This document shows, one piece after another, positions 38,950 to 52,659 of a stretch of DNA of 64,000 nt (the first letter of the stretch is position 1; every line of letters begins with the position of its first letter). This DNA comes from Octopus sinensis (taxonomy: Eukaryota): positions 149,482,001 through 149,546,000 of the forward strand of contig NC_042997.1 in the NCBI RefSeq assembly GCF_006345805.1. Reading direction: 5' to 3'. The translations under genes and the position numbers were made by a program. Below the pieces are notes generated by a model that did not search any database, was not told where the DNA came from, and saw only the letters and a list, made by a program, of their open reading frames with translations.

Positions 38950-39290
38950 TACCTAATACACATAGTAAAGATATGATTTTTTGCCGTTAGGCTATTTTTA
39001 CATTTGTACCAATTTTTTATCCTTGTTTGTAGTTGAGCATTGATGCATCCAAGCGCGCCATTTACAATTGGTATCACGCCCACTCTCTTTAATATCCAAA
39101 ACCTGAATATTTTCTACAACAAATCATCATAGTTGTTTAGTTTTTCTTTTTTATTCTCTTTGACCCTCTTGTCACTGGGAAAAGTTACATCGATTACCGT
39201 GCAAGGTTTTTCTACTTTGTTCACTATAACAATGTAAGGAGTCTGATCTGATGGTAAAACTGAATCATTACACGCCATAGACTTTTTTCT
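38950..39290 (-). mobile_element. Dong/R4-clade (RLE) non-LTR retrotransposon 3' fragment 1, highly decayed
   Basis: PYIVIVNKVEKPCTVIDVTFPSDKRVKE ... KRVGVIPIVNGALGCI. Confidence 0.65.
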
Positions 39291-39384
39291 ATCTCAATTT
39301 TGCAGTTATAATAATAAAAATTGTTATTATTTGTTTTGACTCAGTATCTGTCTAATTCATGGTAGGATTTATGTAGGTCTCCAC

Positions 39385-39830
39385 AAGTTTTCAGCAGGCT
39401 TTCAAGTGCTTTCAATCTTCCTGAGAATCCTTGATACCTCTAATAGACAAACTTTTTGTAGGAGCTCTAGAGAGCATTCTCTTCCAGTTTCCTCAGCCAT
39501 TTGTCTATATATTGGTTTACTGTTCCCAACGCACCAGTTATTATAGGCACGACCTTTAATGTTTTCATATTCCAAATTCTTCCTATTTCAAATTTAAGCG
39601 ATTGCATTTAAAAAAAATGTTTGTCCTCTTTCCTTACGATCCTGGAATCAACAAGAATGATGGTTTAATTAGCAAGCAACTTCGCTTTTCTATATCTATA
39701 ATTGTTATGTCCGATCTATTATTTTCTAACTTCTCCGTTTGAAGAGGGAAGTCCCACAAAATCTTATATTTCTCCGATTCCAGTTCTTTTTCGGCTGGAT
39801 GATTGCACCATGTGTTTCAAGCTTCAAAAA
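39385..39830 (-). mobile_element. Dong/R4-clade 3' fragment 2
   Basis: KYKILWDFPLQTEKLENNRSDITIIDIEKR; IWNMKTLKVVPI; LELLQKVCLLEVSRILRKI. Confidence 0.8.
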
Positions 39831-39856
39831 TGATGATGATGATGATGATGATGATG

Positions 39857-39892
<36 letters not shown>

Positions 39893-39989
39893 TTTATTTT
39901 CTCTTTATCACGGGTTTTGTTGGAGCTCCTGAAGTCTTATATGCGTAGCGTGCTTATTCCCTGCAGTCTACAGTACCATGCTATTCGTT

Positions 39990-40235
39990 GTTTTTAGCTA
40001 ATACTGTCCTCATTATTCTGGCCGTGCCAAGGAGGCAAAACTTTTTAACTGTTCTACCGGGAACCCTATTCTAATTTCCTTTATATTCATCTTCATGCCT
40101 TCTGATACTGTTCTCAAGGACCCAGCAATAATTGGCACTATCTCCACTTTTCTCATTTTCCATAGCCGCGCTATTTCGTACTTAAGAGGATTGTATCTAT
40201 CTTTTCGCCTTCCTTCTTAACTATTCGTGAGAAAA
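39990..40235 (-). mobile_element. Dong/R4-clade 3' fragment 3
   Basis: KVEIVPIIAGSLRTVSEGMK ... FCLLGTARIMRTVL; next to (ATT)n at 40243-40298. Confidence 0.75.
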
Positions 40236-40241
40236 AGGAGC

Positions 40242-40302
<61 letters not shown>

Positions 40303-40329
40303 TTTTTTTTTTTTATTATAGACAACGCA

Positions 40330-41290
40330 CAGTATACAATATCGTGCGGTTGTTGATTGGAGTTATTGTGTCTATCGGGACACACAATATCAAGACACAG
40401 CAAAGACCTCAGACAGACAATACTTTACGCAATATGCTTGCAGTTCCAAATAATGCCAACGTGTGCAATTCACCTAAATTGGATAGTTCTACAGTTTTAT
40501 TTCTAAAGTTTTCAGATGTTTTTTTTTCAGATTAGGCAGTATTGAACCCAGTGCTCCAATGACAATAGGAATAATCTTTGTTTGACTCTCGTAGCTGCCA
40601 CATCTTAGCAATCTCAATTCTCAGGTCCCCATATTTATTATCCTTTTCTATTTTTTTCATGATGATATATTGAACGTCAGGCACTACCACGACAATTATT
40701 AGGCACACTTGTTTGTTCCTCCTAAAGGTTACTATATCTGGCCTTCGATTCTCTAACACTTCGTCTGGAACTCAAGGTCCCAGAAGATATTTGCCTTTCC
40801 CTTTCTGTGCATTACCATTTACGCTTTTTGTTGGTACCAAGCACCCTTAACCTTATATCCATACCTACGGCATAGTAACCAGTGACGGCTTTCGGCTACC
40901 TTGTCGTGTCTGCGTTTGTACTCTTTTACAAGCACTAACAATTTGAGTAACACTTTTGACCCTCTTCCCACACATTCTGCAGAGGTCCGTTGCACTTGTG
41001 TGGTATATATACTTTTTCACTGAGTTGGTATCCAATGCCTGGTCTTGGGAAGTGACGATGAAGCTTTTAGTATTTTTGTTGAACCACCTCCATGATGCCA
41101 CCTCGTGTTTTAATTCATTGGTTTCGCAGTGGAATTCACCATGTAATTCCATTCACAGTAGGGTTTCTTCTCTCACATTAGCTTGTCTTAAGCGGAATTC
41201 ATGAGCAGTCTCAAGTGCATTTTTAGTAAATCCTTCTGCATCAGGAATATACTGTAGCTACTCTTGATTGCTGATAACAAATATTCTACC
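40330..41290 (-). mobile_element. Dong/R4-clade 3' fragment 4 (CCHC region, RLE, 3' UTR)
   Basis: LHGEF..SWRW..QDQALDTN..LCRMCGKRVKSVTQIVSAC; RRPDIVTF; KYGDLRIEIAKMW; LFGTASILRKVLSV*; flanked by (ATT)n. Confidence 0.85.
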
Positions 41291-41332
41291 ATGCTTTTTC
41301 TTTCACTGTATTATTATTATTGTTGTTGTTAA

Positions 41333-41410
<78 letters not shown>

Positions 41411-41962
41411 GTCTTGCTCTTGTTGCTCTCATTTTTATCATAATAATTTTTTTTTATTGCTATAATGTAGACGTCTCTTTATTGCCTGTACTTTCTACAA
41501 TACAAAGCGTAACGCTATGGTATTTAGGTTTATACCTATTGTTTTGTTTTGCATTTTGTATTATATGGATTGTACGTGATTATTGCACACACAATGCTAA
41601 CGAGTGCTACATTTTCTATATACTTTTTATACATATATGTATGACCTGTATGAATTTTGTATTTTTCAGTAGGTTTTATAATCATTCCCATGGCAACGTT
41701 TATTTATAAGGATTGTATTTGCTTATAGCCCCACTATACTGATTATCTTCATTTTCGATCTACATATTTCGACAAATTCTGGATTGTATACAGAGATCTA
41801 TTATCATCTGTTGTCATCGATACTTTGAATTAGAGTTATTTCTCATCCTACTGGTGTAAGGTCTTGCTATTATTGTTGCTGTTGTTCTTGTCGCTGTTGT
41901 AGTTGTAGTAGTAGCAGTTGTTGTTATTATTATTATATTATTATTATTATTATTATTATTAT

Positions 41963-42027
<65 letters not shown>

Positions 42028-42705
42028 ATAGTGCTAAGAAATATATAAATGTGAGTCTGTATGTTATTATTCATTAAATATGTATGAAACTCACGTCTAT
42101 ATGCTTAATTGCGTCCTCTCGAAGCGGGGTTTTGTTTTAGGAAATATCTTTGCCATTAATAGCCGGCAAAATAGTGGACTGTATATATAAAAATAGATAT
42201 ATAAATATAAGATGAGTCACTAAGTATATTTCATACATGTGCGTGCAGATGTTTAAGAGTACCTATGTATGTATGTATGTATGTATGTATGTATGTATGT
42301 ATGTATGTACGTATGTATGTATGTATGCATGTATGTATGTATACATATATATATATATATATACACATACATACATACATATATACACGCATACATATCT
42401 ACAGATACATGCATTTATACATGACATATATCCAAGTGCATTATGCTTGTAAGTATAAATATTCATGTACTTATATATGTCTAAATATTTGCGTGGGTGT
42501 TATCATTTATGAGTGTGTTTTTATTGATAAATATTTGTATATATTCGTGTGCGTTTCAGTGTGTTTGTATGTGTGTGTGTGTGTGTGCGTATGTGATCAT
42601 TTGAGTATATCTACATATGGTTACAATCACATTTCTGCACACACACATATATAAATACATCCATGTACCATGTACATTTCTATCTATTTATCAATATATA
42701 TACAT

Positions 42706-42784
<79 letters not shown>

Positions 42785-42797
42785 TATATATATATGT

Positions 42798-42872
<75 letters not shown>

Positions 42873-43591
42873 CACATATATAATTGAGTGTTTAACATGT
42901 TGTTGCCGTTTCCTTTTATATTTCTTCTGTTTGTAGATTCTAAATCATACAAAGAAAACAAGCAGGAAAAAAAAAAAAAGAAAAGAAATAACAGAAAATA
43001 AATCAAATAAAAGCCACACTGCACCGAATTCTGAGACAAGTTGTCAAAACATTCAAAATAACATCGACATACAGAAAAATGATTACATTTGCACCGAGCA
43101 GAAAATTACGACAGATTGGGAAATTTATGTAAATTGGATTACTGTTCCACTTCCAACAGACGCTGCATTTACATTCCATTGTATTGTAATTTCGCTTTGC
43201 CTTATTCCTGCGTACTTTTGTTAATGTCCTACTGTATGCCTTTGTAACTATCGATGGTTGTTATTGCTTCATATCTGCTGTCTTTGTTGCTGTTGAGTGT
43301 TTATTTTATTATTATTTTTGTTTTTGGTCTTGTTTTCGTTGTTGTTCGTTGTTAGTGTTCTTCGTCATGTGGCAATGTTTCCTTTGTTCATTCAATCTGT
43401 TTTTATTGTTGTTTTTTTTTATTTTATTTTATTTCCTAAGTTATAACCATCGCGAAAATAAGCAGAAGCAACACCACCATCACCTCCGTCAGTGTCGCTT
43501 TCGCCTTCACTGTTGCCGTAGCTGTTGCCATCATCGTCAAGCCAAGCCAAGATCACGACGGCATCCACCGCAATCAACTTCGTTACCATCG

Positions 43592-43628
<37 letters not shown>

Positions 43629-44149
43629 TATCATCATCATCGTTAAAAATTTCCTCATTCTCATCCATACCATCATCTCCACCACTACACTCGTTGTTGT
43701 TGACTACGTCCTCCCATCCGTCATAGTCACCAACATTCATCATAGTCATTAGCAGTACACTCACCACCATCTTCATAGTCATCGTCTTTTGTTTTTATAT
43801 TTTGCAGTCCTGCTATTGTTTCACTTTTCTTATGAATGTTATATGGAACATACGTGTTCTCTGTTTTCACTGCTGAATAAGCTTTTTACCTGCAGATAAT
43901 CTCAAAATATTTCGCTATGGTTTTGTAATTATGAAAAGTTCTTCCTGCACAGAACCTCATATAAATACATTTAGATATGATCTGTATTTTCGTGTGAGAC
44001 TTTGTTTTTCTGTTTTACATCATATTCTATTTTCATTAACGACGCAATTTTAATGGTAATTGTTTATTAAATCTCATTACTACTTCCTGGTAATCATTAT
44101 TTGCTGATTTTCACTTAATTTTCCATAAAGTGGAGTATTGATATTAGCT

Positions 44150-44343
44150 GCAAAGTTTGGTACAAGGTCAGCAATTTAGAGCGTGGAAGTAAGTCGAATA
44201 TATCGACCCCACTACTCATCTGGTATTTATTTTATCGACCTCGCAAAGATAAAATGCAAAATCAGCCTCAGAATGTAAAGACGGATAAAATGCCATAAAG
44301 CATTTTGTTCGGTGTGCTAACGATTCTGCCAAGCTCACCGCTT
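44150..44343 (-). mobile_element. Decayed tRNA-derived SINE (family of 51413)
   Basis: Reverse complement starts AAGCGGTGAGCTTGGCAGAATCGTTAGCACACCGAAC. Confidence 0.7.
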
Positions 44344-44364
44344 TCTAAAATTTTACAGCAAGCA

Positions 44365-44428
44365 GCTACAGAGATTCGAACATTATACTTCTCAGACACC
44401 GGCTGGGCGCTCTGTACCATTAAGCTAA
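44365..44428 (-). mobile_element. Decayed tRNA-like SINE head
   Basis: Minus strand GGAGTCGTTTAGCTTAATGGT...GAGCG...GTTCGAAT; acceptor and T stems do not pair, so not a functional tRNA. Confidence 0.4.
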
Positions 44429-44469
44429 ACGACTCCACTGAAAACTGTAATTTTAATATTCTCTTCTAA

Positions 44470-44851
44470 TCTAGGCATAAGGCCCAAAAACTTTGGGGCG
44501 TGGACCAATCAGTCAGACTGACTCCAGTACGCAACTGGTACTTAATTTATCGACCCCGAAAGGCTGAAATGCAAAGTCGACCTCGGCGGAATTTGAACTC
44601 AGAAACGTAAAGACAGACGAAATAACTATTTCTTTATTACCCACAAGGGGCTAAACACAGAGGGGACAAACAAGGACAGACATAGGTATTAAGTCGACTA
44701 CATCGACCCCAGTGCGTAACTGGTACTTAATTTATCGACCCCGAAAGGATGAAAGGCAAAGTCGACCTCAGCGGAATTTGAACTCACAACGTAACGCAGA
44801 CGAACTACCGCTAAGCATTTCGCCCGGCGTGCTAAAGTTTCTGCCAGCTCG
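44470..44851 (-). mobile_element. Two tandem/nested tRNA-derived SINE copies (family of 51413)
   Basis: AACTGGTACTTAATTTATCGACCCCGAAAGG...GTCGACCTC occurs twice (~44535 and ~44720); head CGAGCTGGCAGAAAC at 44851. Confidence 0.85.
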
Positions 44852-45099
44852 ATTTCTTTCATTTAGGCACATAGCCTTTATAAAGAGGGGTCACCACAAG
44901 GAAAGACAAAACAAAACATTGGGTACATATAAAACACATATCGAATGGATTCTGACTATGATAAAAAATAAGGATAAAATAGCTTACTCGCCACCCACTC
45001 AGCCAGAAGTTTCATTTTACTGTTCTTTTAAATTACAGTTCACTTTACAGTGATGTATATTTTTTTAAAAAATCACAATTACAACAAATATTGCATAAA

Positions 45100-46010
45100 A
45101 TCGTGGAAAATTACAACAGGCGGCGACTCATCGTATCTAAACTAAAGTGGTGATACTACAACCGTTTTATTCCCAAATAGTTCAACTAATCTCTCCCCTC
45201 TTCCTCTCTCCAATAGCACGCCCTTCTTACCTTCTGAGTTTGCCAATTTCACTCTGATAATATTTTTCATCTATGTTACCCTCTTTTCGATTTCAACACT
45301 TATCTCTTATTCTAAGAGTTTCGTAAATTTCTGTCTGTAGGTATCTTTCTCTGATATCTTTCACCACTCTCTTCGTCCGACACAATTTCCTCTGTCTCAA
45401 CTTCGCTGTCTCTTTCGTTGTCATTTTTCTGTCCTGCTCCTTCTTCCTTACTGGCTGAAGGCAACTGTTCCTGAGTTCGCATTTCACTTGATTCTTTTCA
45501 TTTGATTTTCCATTTTTTTCTTTTCTTTCTTGTTCTCTTCCTCATTTGTTTTTTATTTTCTCCTTGGGATTTTAGGTGGTGATTCTTTTTACCACCGTAA
45601 ATTGCTCTTCCACTTTCTCCTCTGCTACAGCTGTACTCTCTTCTTGAATTTCTGTTTCTATTATTTCCTCCTCGTGTTTCTGGGGACACTTGGCCTTCAT
45701 GTGTCCCCTTATTCCACACGCAAAATATATTGGAGTTCTACCCTCCACAACAATCCTCAATCTGGTCTCGTCTGGCAACACCGGCTCTTTCACAATCTTA
45801 CGGAGGTCTGGTAGGCTTACATGGACTATTACTTCTATCTCATACCCCTATCAGTCCACGTCCGTAGTCTTCGACATTTTAAAAACTTCTACATCTTCCT
45901 CTGTATGACAGAGGATGGCTGCCACCAGACATGCCTCGTCAGTTTCAGGGGGCACTCTATCTATCCTTACTTTGGCCGCACGTTTGCGACAGTAAGTAGA
46001 TAGTAGTGCC
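45100..46010 (-). mobile_element. L1/Tx1-like ORF1 (gag-like) remnant
   Basis: KVRIDRVPPETDEACLVAAIL ... LRIVVEGRTPI-YFACGIRGHMKAKC (CCHC knuckle with first C>Y) and a Lys/Glu-rich tail. Confidence 0.55.
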
Positions 46011-46074
46011 CACTTCACTGATTTCAAGGCTACAGTGGAATACTTCTTTGCTTACTTTTCGTTTACTAAGCGCA

Positions 46075-46335
46075 CGTCCACCGTGCCGAACTTCCGTCCT
46101 CTGGTATCCTTCCGGTCATTCAAATGTGACCGCGTGTGCACCGTTGGCGATTTTTTTACTCCGTCTTCCCTTCCTTGAATCTTTCCTTTTCCTATGTTTC
46201 TGACGAAGAGCTCCGCTCGAAACGTTAATTCCTCCTTCTTTCTTTCCTTTCCTGACCGTCCAATAACACTATACTTGTTCCACGTCCTTGCGTTGTTGTG
46301 TTTTCTCTTTGTGTTTTTATATTTGGATTAACTAT
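46075..46335 (+). mobile_element. Short non-coding HHR-bearing repeat ending in (TA)n (family D)
   Basis: Aligns in reverse to 50020-50230; ends GGATTAAC|TATATA. Confidence 0.75.
46196..46230 (+). ncRNA. Minimal type I hammerhead motif (family D)
   Basis: GTTT-CTGACGA-A-GAGC TCC GCTC-GAAA-CGT-T-AATT; loopless palindromic stem III (ACGT); stem I partly mismatched. Confidence 0.55.
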
Positions 46336-46927
46336 ATATATATATATATATATATCTATAGTATTTCTTCTAACTTTTTTTCATCATTTACTCGTTTCAG
46401 CTTGAGAATTACAGTGATACTGGGGCCGTAGGCTTCGCTAACCTTTCACTACTTTAAAAGTATATGCCATTTAGTGAATGAGGAAGTATGCTGTTGCTTC
46501 ACTTCGTCTCCATTTCCTCTTATTAGTTGCCTTCAACCGGAACACTTGACAGGTGGTGATTTAGTCTTGTTTTGAACATATCTACATCCATCCCACGTCA
46601 GACTCTCAATCATCTGAAAAGGATATTAAAGACATGTGGGTCTTTGAAACACAAGCTGTTGCAACATCTGGTCTTGCATCTTGATAGAAAGGTTACGATC
46701 GTCGATAATATGCAGTGACGCCTTTTCTGCTGTTTGTACAACAATTTCACTACATAAATGTGATGATTACAAAACATGAAAATACTAGTTTATTTTAAAA
46801 TTGTAAAACTGTGAAAATTTCAAATACTATAGCGTGGAAACCAGATTTATTTGGAACTTCAGTGATTAGTATTTTCTTTTCTACACAATCATACAAACTC
46901 GGATATATATCTATCTATCTATCTACA

Positions 46928-46991
<64 letters not shown>

Positions 46992-47084
46992 GATCGATCG
47001 ATCAATCTATCAATCGATCAATCAATCTATCAGTCTGCCTATCTGCCTATCTGTCTATCTATCTCTATCTATCTATATGTATAC

Positions 47085-47163
<79 letters not shown>

Positions 47164-47378
47164 TTATGATATATTCTCGTAAGAACTTAATAGAGTACAG
47201 TTTCAAACTCGTCCGCCTTCAGATTTAGCGTGTGCAATCCAGCTGTAAAATTATAAGTATTTCCAGCGCGGAAACAATTGTCGTGATAAATGCTCAACCG
47301 TATTCTTGTTGACTTAAATTTTTTTTAAATACTCTCACACCACATACACACTCACACACACACACACTCACAAACACA

Positions 47379-47451
<73 letters not shown>

Positions 47452-47498
47452 ATGATAAGCCTCTTAAATCGAGTTATAAACAGTAGCGGTAACACATC

Positions 47499-47768
47499 GT
47501 GACGTATATTTGCCATTCCAATATGGCTAACCCCTAAGGGTGGATTCTACTGTAGTTTGTAGCCCAAGGATGACACCTCCTCCAGCTGGCTATAGACACA
47601 CATTCTATGCCCTATCAGTTTTTGTGAAGGGAAGTCCCTTCACAAATACTGATAGGGCACAGAATGTGTGTCTATAGCCAGCTGGAGGAGGTGTCATCCT
47701 GGGGCTACAAACTACAGTAGCATCCACCCTTAGGGGTTAGCCATATTCGAATGGCAAATATACGTCAC
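47499..47768. repeat. 270-bp palindrome (134-bp arms, 2-nt spacer) abutting (TA)n
   Basis: Arms are reverse complements with five visible substitutions; centre AAGGGA-AG-TCCCTT at 47633/47634. Confidence 0.95.
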
Positions 47769-48230
47769 TATATATATATATATATATATATACTTATATA
47801 CCTAGTGTACATATCTAAACTATCAGTTTCTACCAGAGTTGCAAGTATGGCATCTCAAGCAAGTGTACGTTCTCAAGCAAGAGTAAAGAACATTTAACCA
47901 AGAAGCTGACGTATGAGATTTATTTCGGACAAGTAGTTGTGAAGCGAACCTCTTATCTTATCACAACTACACTTGCGTCTTCATTCATAATTTTTACTTC
48001 ATATGTTGTAAATATTTGTATTAGTTTCCCGATATTATTTACACGATATATTTGCAAACCTGCAGCAAGATAATTTTCTCATTGCACATGATCAGTATCT
48101 CGGTGTAATCGTAAGAAATATAATCTTCCTTCGGCATCATTTGCGCAGTGTACTCCGAATGCATTCATTAATTTTCTTGTTTTCCTCTTCAATCTTGCTA
48201 ATTCGCTTAGCTTCTAGTAAATATTAATAT

Positions 48231-48285
<55 letters not shown>

Positions 48286-48311
48286 GCTACTACTACTACT
48301 ACTACTACTAC

Positions 48312-48346
<35 letters not shown>

Positions 48347-48559
48347 TGATGATGATGATGATGATTTTCCTTTTTCTTCTTTTATTATTATTATTATTAT
48401 TATTGCTTTGTGAAACTTCCAAAGTATTGATCATTATTACGTTATTTGTGCCTTACAGTCAGTTTTATGTTGGTATTCAATGCCTTGTATATTTATCCTC
48501 AATGTGGTTTTTCGTTGTTGTTTTTGTTGCATGATTTCCTATCTAGTTCAGTATTTTCA

Positions 48560-49989
48560 ATGTAATTTTTAAAATCTAATTTTAATAAATTACTAATCGT
48601 CTTATCCATATATCAGTTATTTTATCTAACACATGTTTGGATTCTTTTATCGATAATATTCTCCTCCATATGTTTAGCGTATAGCAGTTTTGTTAAACAA
48701 ATTCCATGGTAGTTGTATTACTGAATCCACAGAATATGATTTATCTTATTGGAATGTCTACTTATTATTTTCTTACGTGCAGCACACAACTCCATAATTA
48801 TGGAGTTATCCATAATTTCAAACCATCGACCGCTGTTTTCTCCAAACACCTAACTTCTGATCTTATTGTTATATTGTTTAATGTTATTGAAGCCACGTTT
48901 AATACAGAATATAGAAGGATACTTAGAGAATTAGTCTTCTACACCTGAATACGGTTTTGGAGTTGAGCCATTGTCCTTTACGTTATTAATGGATTTGTGG
49001 TTTAGTATACTGTAAACGTGCAAGAAGTGGTTACAAACATTACCTTCATTTACTCCTGTGCGTAATAAAATTGTTTTTCTCTTTCCTTTTTATACTATTT
49101 CGACGTGTTTGTATGTTTGTATATATGTGAGTGTGAGTATATATATATATAGTGAGCTACTTTTTCTATTGTTATTTCTTTCCATAATTGTTCACGTGCT
49201 GCACCTCCTTGAATAGTTTTAAGAAAATACAACTTTCTTTTGTCACTACTGTGGCTGCTCTCCTAGATTAATTGATTTATCTTGGTGATATTGTTGTTTG
49301 CATTTATCTATTTTCACGATGTCTACGGTGACTATGTTTATGTTTTTTAAAGTTGTTCCTACATTATCGTTATATGTTATCTCTGGGAGACACTTTTGTC
49401 GATATGTAGAATGATATTCTATCGATTTTAACGTTTTAACTATTTACACCTTTATATTTTCAACATATTCGACATTTTCAGCTCTACGAAAGTTGATATT
49501 CTTAAATCTTTCTCATATTTACTTTTATTCGCATTCTACATTATGTCGTCGTAGTTCCGCTTTTGTTACTTATTAAGCTCTAGGTATGCTATTATTTGAT
49601 TTTATCTCGTGAATCTTGCTGTTTGCATTGGAAGTAATGGGAAACATACTGTTGCCTGCGATTTTCATCAAAATCTGATACATTGTATCTTTGTTGGAAT
49701 TTAGATTATTCTTAATATCGATCTATAGCCATTGCAATAAATAATAGAGTGTCATACATTCTATTTAGTTTACAACAGGAATCTTCTGATAATCCGAATT
49801 CTCGCACAAAGGACTTTTCTGAACACAATTTTGCGCTGTCATTCTGCACAAAATTTCTTCTTCAACCGGTCCCTTTCGCTTTATGAATGTGCACACGATT
49901 GACACGATCTTAAAATTTTATATCGTATTTTATTTGCAGCCATTTCAGACGCTAGCTCTATGTTCTATTACCTTATTGGTGCAGGTCAA

Positions 49990-50028
<39 letters not shown>

Positions 50029-50900
50029 ATCCAAACAAGAAAGCACAAAAAACACAACAAAACGAGCACGTGGAACAAATATAGTATTATTGGACGCTCA
50101 GGAAAGAAGGAAAGAAGGAGGACTTAACGTTTCGAGCGGAGCTCTTCGTCGGAAACATAGGAGAAGGAAATATCCAGAGAAGGGAAGACAGAGGAAAAAA
50201 AATCACCAACGGTACACACGAGGTCACATTATATATAAAAGAGAATTGTTATTTTGCTATTCGGCAACAGTCATGTTCCGTTATTCTCCAGTATACTTCT
50301 TTGCTAAATGATCTCATGTGTCGGTGACAGATATGCCACGTGCTTGCTATTTATAGTAAATGAAATACTTTTATACCATTGAGTATACTCATTGTCCTTC
50401 AAATATTAAACTGTACACACAAAAGTTTGCAGCGAATAAGGAACCTTTCTATTATTTGTGTATAAAACTGCACATATATCGCAATTCACGGAAAATAATC
50501 CACGCATCTATTTTTTAATATATGTGCCTCGGCAAATTTGTCTTAAACTTCAACATTACACGACTCATACTTCAACTCTACTGTAAAAGAATTCAGTGCA
50601 GAAAGATATTCTTTAAGCATTGTATCCAATTCAGTTTCTAAGCAATCATTCATCATAGGTTTTAATTGATTAATTTTCAATTATCCCCTATTTATTCTCT
50701 ATGAAGATTTCTCCATCTACAAATAGTAAACATTTTGCACAATATTTCCTGTTATGCTTTTCTCTTTCTCGTACTGCATAATTTCACGATTAGTCTCTTC
50801 CACAGCGTAATATTGATCCAAACTTTCATACGTATAAAGATTGTCTCAGCATGAGACTCGGTTGTGATTTTCGAAAAACATTTCTCTCAAACGACATTCA
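48560..50900 (-). mobile_element. Very old RTE-like LINE ORF2 remnant, interrupted by the family D repeat
   Basis: Scattered degenerate RT motifs in order: DRVNR, VREFGLS..MYD, RQ..SPLL-like, YDDIM; many stops and frameshifts. Confidence 0.3.
50020..50230 (-). mobile_element. Family D HHR-bearing repeat, second copy (HHR 50122-50156, CCGACGA core)
   Basis: Minus strand GTTT-CCGACGA-A-GAGC TCC GCTC-GAAA-CGT-T-AAGT; tail into (TA)n at ~49995-50022. Confidence 0.75.
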
Positions 50901-51111
50901 TTGTTTTCAAGAATGGAAACTGTCAGTTTAGCGACTAAATTTGTAGCTTTTGCCCGTATATTTTTGGTACGTCGCCACAAACGAAATATATTTTCTGATT
51001 ACGAATTTTATTGCTGCTGAAACTCTTAGGACTACTTTTACTTTTAGATTTTGTACGTTTTATTTCTTATTATGTGCTTACGTACTGACTTAATAATCCT
51101 TCTATTATAGT

Positions 51112-51338
51112 CACAAGGCCTGATTTTGAGAGAAGTTAGTTATATCGAGAAGCTGATTATATAATTGCGAGAAGTTGATTTTAAGTTGATTATATTACCC
51201 CCAGTGCTCCACCGGGACTTACTTTATCAACCTCGAAAGGATGTAAAGCAAAGATGACCGCAGTGGAATTTGAAATCAGAACGGTAAGACAGACGAAATG
51301 CTCCGAATCTTGTTAACGATTCTGCAAGCTCGCTGCTT
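51112..51338 (-). mobile_element. Decayed tRNA-derived SINE
   Basis: Reverse complement AAGCAGCGAGCTTGCAGAATCGTTAAC...; family of 51413. Confidence 0.7.
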
Positions 51339-51412
51339 TTTGTCTCATGAAATAATGGATTATAGTAAATTCTCCTTTCTACGAGTATATCTATGTTGAA
51401 GGTATAACGTTT

Positions 51413-51631
51413 AAGGCGGCGAGCTGGCAGACACGTTAGCGCGCCGTGCGAAATGCTTAGCGGTATTTCGTCTGTCGCTATGTTCTGAGTTCAAATTCTG
51501 CCGAGGTCGATTTTGCATTTCATCCTTTCGGAGTCGATTAAATAAGTACCAGTTACGCACTGGGGGTCGATATAATCGATTTATTCCGTTTGTCTGTCCT
51601 TGTTTAGCCCCTTGTGGGTAGTAAAGAAATA
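51413..51631 (+). mobile_element. tRNA-derived SINE, near full length
   Basis: AAGGCGGCGAGCTGGCAGACACGTTAGC...GAGTTCAAATTC (B-box-like)...GGGTAGTAAAGAAAT. Confidence 0.9.
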
Positions 51632-52454
51632 CGTATAAGGTTGCCAGTTGAAAGGGAATAGAGAAATTGCTAGAGAGAGATAGTTTTTCATATTAATAAA
51701 AGAAAATGTAAAATGACTAGCTGCAGTGTCTCTAAAAAGAATTTGACTTTATTTGGTAATTTCGTTCAGCGCGGGTTGTTTGTTTTCAAAGATATATTTA
51801 GACCATCGTACAGGGATCTCTACAGCAAAGTACGGTAGGTGCTTATCAACAGTGTTCAAGATATATATGTAGTAGAACGTTTTATAGGGCTGTTACTACA
51901 TCTATAGGGCGTACACACACACACATTCACACACATGCAATTATAAAGATAGAGAATATTGAGACTGATATATATTAAAATGTATTTCCTTTTATTTTTC
52001 AATTTGATACATCATATTATTATGGCCATGGTGACCTACACATGTTTCGGCTGCACAAAGTAGGCAGTTGCACTAGAACCAGGCATAGTTTTCTGTGCAG
52101 CGTTGTTCAGGTGCGAATCGAACTGAATACAGTTATTAGCTTGTTGTTTAGGGTTCAGGGGAAAGGCCATGTATTTGGGGAGTTTATGAGAGGGGCAAAT
52201 TCGCTAAGGTTAAAACAAAATTGATAATTATTTTAATTTACTTAGGGATAGAAGTATAATGAACAGGTCCAGTTTAAACAAACTAATCTGGTCCCTTGAA
52301 GGTAGGACCACCGTTTTACCATGGAGTGTTAGAAGATTACTACAGCTAATTATCTCCCATATGTGAATTATGTATAGAAGAAATGAACCTAAACTTTTCA
52401 TCGAGACACAAATTACTTAACAGTAGTCTGGAAAAGACTTAAGATGTTTGCATA

Positions 52455-52602
52455 AGTTAGCAAAACATTTAAGAAGTTTAACACAAGTAATGGTTCAGGG
52501 TTCAGTCCCACTCCGAGGAATCTTAGACAAGCCTCTTCTACTATAGACTCGGATCGACAAAAGCCTTGTGAGTGGATTTTGTAGACGGAAAGAAGTCTGT
52601 TG

Positions 52603-52610
<8 letters not shown>
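52455..52610 (+). mobile_element. Decayed 5' half of a 15693-family SINE
   Basis: GGGTTCAGTCCCACT...AAAGCCTTGTGAGTGGATTTTGTAGACGGAAA. Confidence 0.7.
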
Positions 52611-52641
<31 letters not shown>

Positions 52642-52659
52642 ATTTTTCAATGTGTACGA

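Noticed and set aside
49620-49790. GPCR-like 'CCKL...AMAIDRY' and 'ATVCFPL' on the minus strand
   Set aside because: Motifs are in different frames with stops and wrong spacing; surrounding motifs fit a decayed RTE-type RT better.
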